Assembly (NCBI GenBank): GCA_946965045.2 | Contig: OX337235.1 | Coordinates: forward strand, 868,001-932,000 | Length of the DNA stretch: 64,000 bases | Direction of reading: 5' to 3' | From: Epithemia pelagica | Lineage: Eukaryota > Protista > Bacillariophyta | Part shown: positions 23,052-33,371 of the stretch, piece after piece | Position numbering within the stretch: the first letter of the stretch is position 1 | How the letters are laid out: each line of letters opens with the position of its first letter | Notes under the pieces: generated by a model | What the model saw: only the letters and a program-made list of their open reading frames with translations | Database searches by the model: none | What the model was told of the DNA's origin: nothing | Position numbers and translations under genes: made by a program

Positions 23052-24009
23052 TGAGAGATAGCACAACTATGTTTGGCTAGGTGTTAGTGACATAGTTGCT
23101 ACTCTCACTAGAGGACGTGGGGAGATGTTTCGTGGGTTGGTTCGTTGGGCGTGATTCTGACGTGGAACAGCGTGGTGAAATGGTTTTTATTTAATGGACT
23201 GATAATACAATGGATGACCGTTCTTCGATCATTGTTTTTCTTCGGGGCTGAATGGTTTTGAATAGGGGTTGGCCCGGCGTTTTTTGCCTAACATGGGAAG
23301 GTTTTGGAGTAAAGTACTGAATTTCGACTCTTGAGCTAAAAAAGTTTTTTCTAGTCTTTGATGTTTTTCCACCCCCAGACCCCCTTAGCCTGCCGGCTTA
23401 CCCGACACGTTCATTCTGAACAAAAACCAAAGGGTCTGGCCGTTAAACGTTGTACTGTTACACGTAGCAAAAATCCAAAATACGGAGCACGATTAGAACT
23501 ACACTGCACTCTCTAGGTAGTAAGACTAGGTACTTCCGAGTCCTTTAGAGAACGGTCGCCCGGCGCGGAAGGTAGCATGACGAGGAGGGCATATGTTCAA
23601 AAAGGGCAGACCATGCTCCATTGGCCGTTGGCCATGCCTCATGAGAAAAGCCCCCAGTTTCAAAATAGAATCGAGCAATTGGAGGGGTGAATCCCTCCTC
23701 CATCAAGATGCTGACTTTCAAAATATCTGGCGTATGTGGGGTCAATAGGACAGCGGACAAACATAAAGTAAGGACCACCGCCCATGATTGTATTTTTTGG
23801 ATTGAGTTTCAGATTTTCGGGCAAAACGGAACAGGATCGACCTCTCAAAAATAATTTTCGTACGATAGGACAAAGGACGGAGAACAAAGAAAGTCCCCAA
23901 GAAGACCACAACATAAACAACCTCTCCTTTGGTTGTCGAGAGGTCTATACAGAAACAGCAAATCACAAACAGTTCGTGCCGACAGTTCCACCCAAGGAAA
24001 CTTACAAGC

Positions 24010-26971
24010 ATGACGCTGACAATTGTTGTTGGAAGCTCCGGATCTGGGAAGACAACGTTCTTGAACGAGATTCACAAAAGGCACAACTGTATCTATATTC
24101 GCCAATTCCATTCTATCCGTAGTTACATTCCAGTGTCGAAAGTTCCCAACTTTGATCCAACACAGTTGCCCTTTTGGGACATTTATGTTCAAGAAGAGAA
24201 AGATGCCACCATCAAGGTGGGTGGAACCATGGCTGGTCACTTCACACCTGGTTTGTCTGGAGGCCAACGCAAGCTCTTTCTTTTTGAACTAATCTACCAA
24301 CGCGCATTAGATCATTCAGGACTCTTGATCGCCCTTGACGAACCGTTTGCCGGTGTAACAGATGACTTCCTGCCATACATCAAGAAGCGATTGCAACAAC
24401 TAAAGGAGCGGCACGCTGTGATTGTGGTCACAAGTGACCACATTGACGCACTGAAAGGCATGGCAAATCATTGCATTGCTGTATCGGCACAAGATAGAAG
24501 TGTTGTTGAAATCAACAAACTGGTTACATTTGATCGAGAACAAGTGATACGAGCATTACACGCTGGAAATGAGTTTCGCTACAGGACAGGCTATGAGGAT
24601 TTCAAGTTCTTTTTTGTCTTGGAGGTGTTGTCTCATCGAATCTTTCCTTTTGTACTGATTTATGCTGCTGTGACTCACGCCCTGACTATCCTCACGTTCT
24701 GGGACTCGAACGATAACCTTGCACCGCTGGTTCTTTCGGGTTCAGGTATTGGTGGATTCTTCTGTCTCAATGTGTACTATACATCTTTAGTATCATGGCG
24801 AACAGCAATGGAACAAGAAAGAGATGCCTTGCTGCACGACAGCAAATCTTTTAATCGCATTCTCAAGACAATATTGGCCGTAGCACTACTGCTTGTTGTG
24901 ACAGTGGCACAGTATGCAACGGCCAATATCGTGCTGGGAGACGTCAACTCAGGATTCACAATGTTCGTGGGCACTCTGACAGCGTTCTTCGACGTAGTTT
25001 GCCTTAACATTGTCTTGGGAGTATACACATCCTACAGCTTTGAAACGGTGCAAATCTATGCTGCCCTCCCATTTCTTCTTTCAAACTTTCTCAGTACTAC
25101 CATGAGTCCTGGTGGTGGTCTTCCCATTGTCAAAGAGCTCCGTTACCTGTTTCCTCGTTTCTATATGTGGTGCATGTTACCAGGTGTTGAAAATTTTATG
25201 GAGGGGTGTCCCGAAAACGAAGATTTTATTGCTTGGTATATGATATTGTCGTCGCTCACAGGACTGGTGTTGTTCATCTTGGGTCAATGCATTTTTGCAG
25301 TTGTTCCCAGAACCATCACGAAAAGAACAGGCGGACAAAACCGGAAACCTCTTGAGCACGCGTCACATGAAAGCGAAGAATGCAAAACACTCCAGGAGAT
25401 ATTGTATGGTGATAACGACATGACAGGTTCAACATACCACGGACATAGCTTCTCCTCAAGTGAGGAATTAGTATCCTTTTATCATGGGACGGTGCAGGAA
25501 AGCAAGACAATGACAGTGATTGTTGGGAGTTCCGGTTCGGGTAAAACGACGTTCCTTGAAGATGTTCACAGACAAAACAAGTGCGTTTACATTCGTCAAT
25601 TCCATTCCATGAGGCCCTATATTCCAGTTACCAAGATTCCAAATTTTGATCCCACAAGACTTCCATTCTGGGAAATCTACGCCAGCGATGAAAAAGATCC
25701 ATCAATCCAGGTTGGAGGAATAATTGCCGGTGTTTTCACTCCTGGTTTATCGGGAGGACAACGCAAATTGTTGCTTTTTGAATTGGTGTGTCAACGCATC
25801 GAAGCATATTCTGGGCTGTTGATTGCACTTGATGAGCCGTTTGCGGGTGTGACAGAAGATTTCTTACCCTATATCATGAAGCGTCTAAATGAAATGCGCC
25901 AAAAGCACAACGTCATCCTTGTCACCAATGATCATGTAACACATTTGACCAAGCTCGCCAACTGCACTGTATCTCTTTCTGCCAAGAACAGGGAAATGGT
26001 AAATGTCAATGACGTTGAGGATGTTGATCGTGAGGTAGCGATCTTGGCCACTTCTATGGGACAACCCTTTGCTATGACAGCAACTGATCATGACCTCAAG
26101 TTTTTCTTGGATGTTGAAAGTTGAAATCTATTCGAATCAATCCTTGCGAAATCTTTTGATTATGATGCTTGTATTCTTTGGTCTATTCGTTGTGTCCTTT
26201 TGGGATTCCAAGCAAGAATTTGCTGCTCTTCTTCTGGCATCTGGCAGTATGGTTGTCTTTTTCACAGCTTATCCCTATCTGATGTCGAGTATTGATTGGC
26301 GTGATGCAATGGACGAAGAAGCTGAAGCGTTGATGCACTCGTCGAGAAACTTGAATCGAAATCTCAGATTAGTGCTTGCGTTGCTTCTTTTGTTGGTTCT
26401 TTCTGTGGTTGAGTTTGGTGTCCTGAATGTTGTCACCAACGGATTGTCCGGTTGGGATATCTTCGTAGGGATCTTCACAGATGGTCTATCACTTTGTCTT
26501 CCGATGCTCTGCGCATTTTTGTTCACTCAATCCACCGTTGAGGTGGGACAAATGATTGGATATATACCTTTTTTGTCCATGGTCTTTTTCAGCACGACTT
26601 TCAGTCTTGGATCTGGGATGCCAGGTTTAAAGGGCCTCAGATACCTATTTCCGCGGTACTATCTTTGGTGCATTGTGCCGGGTGTCGAAGATGCTATGGA
26701 AGGTTGTCCCGAGAATCGAGCTATCAATGCGATTCTCATGGTCTTGACTTCGTTGGTGGGACTTCTCGTTTTTCTAGTTTTCAAGGCATTCTCATTGTCT
26801 CGCAAGAGAAAACAGAAAAACAAGCTTTTGGAAAGGCAACAATGCTCCGAAATGAAGTCAAAGGTTGACACTTTGAGAAGCACAATAATACTTGGTGATA
26901 AGGATGGAACAACCTCCACAGCTGACGGGTCAACTTCCAGCAATGACTCTTTGCCGGATGAGATTCCATAA
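24010..26971 (+). CDS. ABCG-like transporter made of two tandem NBD-TMD halves, frameshifted at 26113-26126
   Basis: Two copies each of Walker A GSSGSGKTT, signature LSGGQRK, Walker B LIALDEPFAG and an H-loop, each followed by about 6 TM segments with YLFPR.Y.WC..GCP. Removing one GTTGAAA joins ORFs 23929..26124 and 26090..26971. Confidence 0.85.
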
Positions 26972-27431
26972 TAAACTTTCGAGTACGCAAAGTGGCTTTG
27001 ATACCGACGGACCTTTGTGGTCTCCATGTTAGGATTTCCCTTGTCGCTGCTTCTTTATAGCTAATACGGTGTTGTTGTCTGCAATCCCAGCTCTTGATTT
27101 GCCACTGTCTTCATGATTCTTGTCTTTCTTGCTTTCGTGCGATTTGAAAGCGTTGCTTCAAGAGACGAAATTCGTCTCGACAGGCATTGTAATCTATTGT
27201 GATGTCGGGGCTTGTTATCTATCCTCGGCTCGATGGATGGATCGTCGGAAGTGTCTTGTTGACGGAGCAGACATCCTACATAAGATTCACCTCGAACATG
27301 CTTCCTTCATGCATCCCGCATACCACTAGGCTGTTGAGCTCGTGCCAATGTTAGTGATAGAGACGCTTCAACTCTCGACTGTTGTCGTGGCATTGGTGAT
27401 TACGGTGGTGCGGAAGCGCTTCCGATGGTAA

Positions 27432-27914
27432 CCATTTCACGCACGGAGAGCAAAGCTACATGTGCGGGGAACACCTTTGGTAGCAGATGAACAAGGATCC
27501 AACTCTTGCTGCCGGTACCTTACTCATCTCTCCGATTTGCACCACTTTTGTTGATCATGGTACCTGACGATTTTGCAACACGACGCAGATCTAGTAGGAG
27601 AGTTTGGAGAACAAACAAGGGATGTTTTGTGAGCTGGGAAAGTTCTGCCACGAGAGATTATTCTTGTCATTGATTTGGGGGAATGTTCAGGCAAAGGCAT
27701 TGAGAAGGTCATATGTCCAAATCCTCTTCTTCCGTTCATAGTTGTCCGTGAATTGGATACCGCAGGCGTTTTCCAATTGCCGAAGCTAAGTCCATTAATG
27801 AATTTGAATCCCAGCTGCGCGTATGTGATTCCATGTGACGGCCACAGCCAAGCTGAGGGAAAGTATGCGACATGCGACAAACCCCGCAACAATTCGCCGT
27901 ACCCCTATGAGTAA
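27432..27914 (+). pseudogene. Possible decayed reading frame
   Basis: A frame of about 160 codons interrupted only by TGA at 27552 and 27630; protein-like text (WYLTILQHDADLVGEFGEQTRDVL*AGKVLPREIILVIDLGECSG); no family recognised. Confidence 0.25.
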
Positions 27915-27978
27915 TTTGACATCATTCCGGGTACCAGTGCACCTTTTCTTATATTTGGACAACGAATGTGTCTTCGTC

Positions 27979-30444
27979 CTAATCATTCTCTTCATCATTT
28001 TCTTCTTCGTCGTCGTCGTCGTCTTCTTCTTCAAATAAAGAGTCTCGAAAGCACTGAGGTGCTCCCTTGACAAAAAATCGATGGTCAATGGCATGTGGAA
28101 TTCCCAGAAACTCACGATTTGCTTGGTTTTCGTTCGTGGCGTTGTCCTTTTCACGATTTTGCTCGTGTGTGTCGCCACTCGTGGTGGACGGGATTTCTTC
28201 CCAAACAGGAGCAATACTCGGCACCGGCAGGGCCACGATCGGTGATTTGTCGGTTGGAGGGGGTTCTTGTTTGCTGCTCGTGGAATTGCGCGTGCCCTGA
28301 ACCGGACTGGGATACCCCCGACGCATTTCTTGGACCCATTCGGTTTCGGGCGACGAAGGTATGGGTCCACAGGGACCGTACAAGGTTTGCTCTTTCATGG
28401 AATCAGGTACACGTCGTGTCCAAAATCCCACCATAAAGGTTAGGCGATGAGTGTCGGGAGGAGAAGGAGTACTGCCCTTTGTACTCTGCTCCATGTCGCC
28501 GTCCGTGTTGGTTTTGCCGGTACTATCGTTGCCATTCAAAGGCGGCAATGTGGGAAACAATTCTTGCACATTGGGTGTCGCTGACAACCAATCCTGTCCA
28601 CCACTGTTGGCTTGGTTTCCAATGGTTTTATCCAGTGGATGATCATCATCTACAGATGGTTGACTGTGACAGGGTAGTACGCCATGCAAGAGGTTGCCGG
28701 GGAAAATCAAAAAGGTATTGTTGCTGTTGGGAATGCATTTCCATGCTCGTGAGGCCACCGTCGTGGCTTGAGGTGTTTGGTCCAGAATGACCGTGGCACC
28801 ACCGTGGCCTTGACCGGTCGTCAGATAGAGAACAGTGGAATATTTGGGATGTGTAATGGTCCCCGTTTGTTCCAACAAGGATTCGTCCGTATCAAAGTGT
28901 AAATTGTGCCCCAAATTGTGATTCATGGGACGATGGTGAACCCACCATTCGTAGCCAACAATTTCTTCGTCTTCCTCCTCCTTCTCGTCAGTGTTGTCGA
29001 GGTGGTTCTTATTGTTGCGTCGTTTGTCTTTTTCATTTTGGTGTCGTTGCAGTACCAATGGTAACAAATACTCTTCAATGACGTGGTAAATGAGATGTTC
29101 ATGCTTCCGACTGGTGGATGTGGAAGTACTTTTTCGATCCATGAAGAAAGAATAGTATCCTCGTGTTTCATAGCTGCTTTCGGTCCAGTACTTGGCCGTG
29201 GGGGCAAACAATTGACACAATTGTTGATACAAGGCAGGAGGCAAAATTCCACCTCCATGTTCCGTGCTCGAATCGACGCGTTGATGCAAGGTCACGACCG
29301 GCTCATTGCTGCTGGGCATGTTTTTTGTTGACGCGGAAGTGGGTGTCAGTGTACTCTTCCAAATTTCCGGAGCCAACCGATGCGTCAAATCAAAGTGTTG
29401 CAATTGAATCAAGGCATCCTCGTGTCGACCCAAAATCGACAGCTGAGTGGCAGCCATGAACCGAGCCGTGGCTTCGACGGACGATGGGGACCAATATCCG
29501 TTCTTGTCAGACTCCTCCTTCGTGGTTTTCTTGTTGTTGTTCTCCTCCTCCTCCTCGTCGTCTTCGCCGTCAGGATTGTCGTCCAGAATCTCCCATTCCA
29601 CACCGACGACATGATGCAGCAAGAGAGTTTCAATCCATTCCAACAGCTTTTCGTGTTCCGATGGCTCCTCCTCGTCGTCGTTGTCGTCCTGGTCCTTATC
29701 CTCCAATCGTTGCAACAAGGCCAAGCTTTCGTGTCGTACCTGTTGCGCGCAAACAATCGCTTGATGATACCATTGTGTCACTAGTTTTGTGCGTTTGTGT
29801 ACAGAACCTTTCTGCTGCGCATGGCCGCCGTTGTCATGATTATGATAATTGGAACGCGCATGATTGGCTGCCATGGACCAAGTGGCGGCATTCCAGGGAA
29901 AGGCAGTGAGAGCCTGTTGCACATGATTGGCAATGGTAGCTGCATGGTCCTCGGTTCCCGTTTCTTCTTTGGTCATGATTGGTTGCGGATCCAAAACGTG
30001 TTGCACTTGCTCTTCCATGGCCACATGAGCTAGTAAATGACTGGCCACACTGTACAAAATGGGAATCAGATCGGTGCGACTGTGAATGCTGGACAGGGAC
30101 AAGGATGGTTGGTGTGTCGTCGTGTTGTTGCTTTGTGCTAATTTGCCAAGACTATGGCTGTAGTGGCCATGGTTTTGAATGAGTGATGTGAGTTCTTCTA
30201 GCTCATCGATATCGCCATGAGCATCGTCGTTACTACAGGAATCCATGTAATTGGTAAAATGCACCCACAAGAGATTGCAAAACTCGAGCAAGTCAGGTTC
30301 CTCGGATGCATGGTCCACCCCGGAGAGATCATCATCCTTATCCACTCGAGCCCTTTTGGTCTGTGGCAGATCGTCCAGGGCTGTCATGTTCCTGCGTTGG
30401 GTTGATTTCTTGCTCGTTTTGTGGTTTGTCGTCGTCGTCGTCAT
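27979..30444 (-). CDS. 2OG-Fe(II) dioxygenase-like protein with long N-terminal helical region
   Basis: GYEWWVH..GHNLHFDTDE (HxD), STVLYL..GGATVILDQ, FPGNLLHGVLP (distal His), RLTFMVGFW. First in-frame ATG taken at 30444. Confidence 0.8.
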   Translation of the reverse strand: MTTTTTNHKTSKKSTQRRNMTALDDLPQTKRARVDKDDDLSGVDHASEEPDLLEFCNLLWVHFTNYMDSCSNDDAHGDIDELEELTSLIQNHGHYSHSLGKLAQSNNTTTHQPSLSLSSIHSRTDLIPILYSVASHLLAHVAMEEQVQHVLDPQPIMTKEETGTEDHAATIANHVQQALTAFPWNAATWSMAANHARSNYHNHDNGGHAQQKGSVHKRTKLVTQWYHQAIVCAQQVRHESLALLQRLEDKDQDDNDDEEEPSEHEKLLEWIETLLLHHVVGVEWEILDDNPDGEDDEEEEENNNKKTTKEESDKNGYWSPSSVEATARFMAATQLSILGRHEDALIQLQHFDLTHRLAPEIWKSTLTPTSASTKNMPSSNEPVVTLHQRVDSSTEHGGGILPPALYQQLCQLFAPTAKYWTESSYETRGYYSFFMDRKSTSTSTSRKHEHLIYHVIEEYLLPLVLQRHQNEKDKRRNNKNHLDNTDEKEEEDEEIVGYEWWVHHRPMNHNLGHNLHFDTDESLLEQTGTITHPKYSTVLYLTTGQGHGGATVILDQTPQATTVASRAWKCIPNSNNTFLIFPGNLLHGVLPCHSQPSVDDDHPLDKTIGNQANSGGQDWLSATPNVQELFPTLPPLNGNDSTGKTNTDGDMEQSTKGSTPSPPDTHRLTFMVGFWTRRVPDSMKEQTLYGPCGPIPSSPETEWVQEMRRGYPSPVQGTRNSTSSKQEPPPTDKSPIVALPVPSIAPVWEEIPSTTSGDTHEQNREKDNATNENQANREFLGIPHAIDHRFFVKGAPQCFRDSLFEEEDDDDDEEENDEEND

Positions 30445-31487
30445 GGTCAGTTGGATAGTCTTGTCTTCCTCTCGAGAAGTGTATGGTTCTTGCTTCGTTC
30501 TGGTTCGAAGTGGTATCGCAGAACGTCTGTCGAATCCTTCGAGAAGAAGAAGAGCGTATTCGAGAAATAGATATCGACGATCAGTTTGGTTTGAATGCTC
30601 TCTCTCTCTCTCTCTTCTTCTTGTCTTGTTCCTCAATGGGAATCCAAAAAATGAATGGAGCGTTGAAGATCTCTTGAAAGATCCATCGCGTATGGAACGC
30701 GTTTCAAACGCACTTGTATTTACATGGTAATTAATCCGAACTCCCGAATACGAATAGGACCGTTGACGGTCCGATTCCCCGTTTTCGGTTAATTGGAAAA
30801 CCGGTTCTGATTCAAGGGGTCACCCTCAAACAAAGACTCAAACGTTCGGTTGTAATGTCAAGACATGTCCGGTTCACAAAAGTTTATAGGTTGGAATGAC
30901 ATTAGAACGACACTACTGAGCGCGATAATCCCAAACGAAATGATGACATGTTTTTGGGTGCGTGTTGGTGCACTTGGGTTTCTGAGTTTCTGAGGTATTC
31001 CATAGCTTCAGTTATAGAAGCGGCAGCAGTTGATCTGCAATCGGCATTCAGAATTCAAAGACATCATGAAACTAACAGCAAAAAAGGCTCCAATCAAAAT
31101 TTCTCTGTGTCGTTGCTTTTGATGGGTTGTTGATGGGGGTACTTGTGTGGTGAATATAACCTCTCTCAATAATTCCTTGTGTTGTCTCCAGTTCCCCTAT
31201 TCCGTCATTCACCGACCACGAAACGAATACGAACGAGCACAATCACACTCTATCAAGTCGGAAGACCGAAGGCGAAGGGGCAGAACCACAGGGGAATAGC
31301 AATTCCTGTCGTTTGAAAGGGATCACCTTTGTTGTTGTCAACCAACACTCAGTAGACATTCGGTAGGTGGAACTAAGAAGAGACTCATTGATGCCTTGGT
31401 CCAGCGCTCACATACCTAGATCGTTTCAAAGCCTCCAAGTCTACAAGGTTTGTGTGAGAGACACGAGAAAGGCAATCCATAAATACC

Positions 31488-32962
31488 ATGGCTCTGTGGA
31501 GAAAACTCTTGTTGTCCTTTTGGATTGTGTCGTCCGTTGTACGGGCCTCCAACAAGGAAAGGATTCTGACGCAAGAACAGGTGGACTTTTTTCAACGAGA
31601 AGGCTACCTTCACGTATCGGGTTTGTTGGACTCCACCTTGCTCCATGACTTGGCTCTGGCAGCGGCTCACACGGTCCAAACCGCTCCCAAATTTCCCTTT
31701 TTTTATTCTGTTAGTCAATCGGGCCTCATGTTTGGTAGTACCACCACGACCACGGTACAATCTCAACCGCAAGAGGACGACAGCAACAACAACCACCACA
31801 AGCGACAACAACATCGTCATGCACAAAAAAATGTCACGGCAGCCGTCACCAAAGCCTATCAACAAGCAGCCTTGTATTCCAAGTTTCCTCAGGCAGTAGC
31901 GGAACTCATGCAATTGGATCCCCAACAACACAATCTTCGAGTATTGCGGTACGTCCGTGCGTTGTTTTGGCTGGTTGTTCTTGCGCAGGAATCTTGTGGT
32001 ACTCACATTCGAAGAATGACCCGGTCCATCCATTCCTTCTCTACATGTCTTTTTTGCGATTGATTCAGTGACGTGTTTTTGGCCAAAGCTGTGGAAGACC
32101 CCGAGTGCTGTGACTGGCATGTGGACGATTTGGGTTTCTGGCCGGAAAGCTTTGTCTACTCGCAAAAAGGAATGGACGGTGTCAATGTCTGGATCGCCCT
32201 CGATGACGTCAGTGTTGTGTGGCCAAAAAGCCATTGCTTTCGTTCGACCTCGGAGCTTATTGTATACTCATTGTTGTATGTTTTCTGTTTCTCTGGTTTC
32301 AGATGCCGGCGGAATTCCAAGGATCCATGGCGGTGGCGGCAAGGTCCCATTCCGCCGAGTGGCGCCATCGAGGTTACCTCGCACTGGGCCAAAACCGATC
32401 ACAAGATGGTGGAAGGACCAAGCAAGAAGTGATTCACAAGATTCAAAGTCAACGACAACAAACAAGGCAAAACATGCCCAAAAGTGGCAAGTATCCCACG
32501 TGTGACATACGGTTGGCCGATCCAGAAATCGCTCAAGTGCTAGATGCCTCGGGAAAAGTGTTGGATTTGAAGAGAGGCGATGTAATATTTGCAACTCGAT
32601 TGCTGTTTCATCGGACGGTACCCGTAACAGTGTCTGGTCTCGAATATTATCGAGAACAAGGTCAAAAACATTTGAGTCGATATTCGATTCGGTACGTACC
32701 AGGAACGGCCAGATTACCTCAAGGATGGTCCGTAGAATGGAGTATCGTGGACGACAACTCCCATGCTGGACTGGACCTTGACAGCGTGGTGGACCACAGT
32801 GATAAACTCTTTTACCCCATGGTATGGCCTACACTCGAACATGGTCTCAAGTCCCAGTTACAAACAATGGAGACGGCGCTTCCTACATTGTCAGAACGAG
32901 CACAAGCAGAGTATTCGTCCACGATTTATGGAATGAGTACAGAACCGGTATCCGAGCTGTGA
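31488..32962 (+). CDS. PhyH-like 2OG-Fe(II) dioxygenase with signal peptide; 3 exons
   Basis: Model join(31488..31948,32069..32207,32303..32962). LTQEQVDFFQREGYL, WHVD (HxD), NVWIALDD, LKRGDVIFATRLLFHRT, RYSIRY. Confidence 0.85.
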
Positions 32963-33371
32963 TGCCAGCTGCGCAGCATGAATATCCTATTCGTGTAAGC
33001 CGCAACCACGAACACTGTTCATCTGTATCTTGTACATTAACTTATTTTTTGCACAAAGAGAACTGATTCCAATACTTGAATATAGGAGAAGCACATCTAC
33101 ATTTCATCGATATTCATAAGGCAACATCCAATATAAATAAAAGATTTATGAAACATAGAGCTATCACCATGCAATCTGTGATGATGGATTCTTTCTTGCA
33201 CATGGTAAAGGAAGAGCGATTTGAACGAATTTGTTTCAACTCCTTCACATAGATAACAGATAATGCACATCAATGTTTGGTTGCTGAGCTTCAACAGAAA
33301 GTCGTATTCTAAAAGCTAGGAGAACAAGCTACTCTAAAGAGTCCAAAAGTGTGGTACGAGAAAATTCTCCT

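Noticed and set aside
22096-23280. hAT-type TIR pair (GGGCTGCCAACCC versus GGGTTGGCCC near 23266)
   Set aside because: Only about 8 bp match and no TSD.
23545-23920. Two short minus-strand ORFs upstream of the ABC gene
   Set aside because: Overlapping frames, no recognisable domain or splice model.
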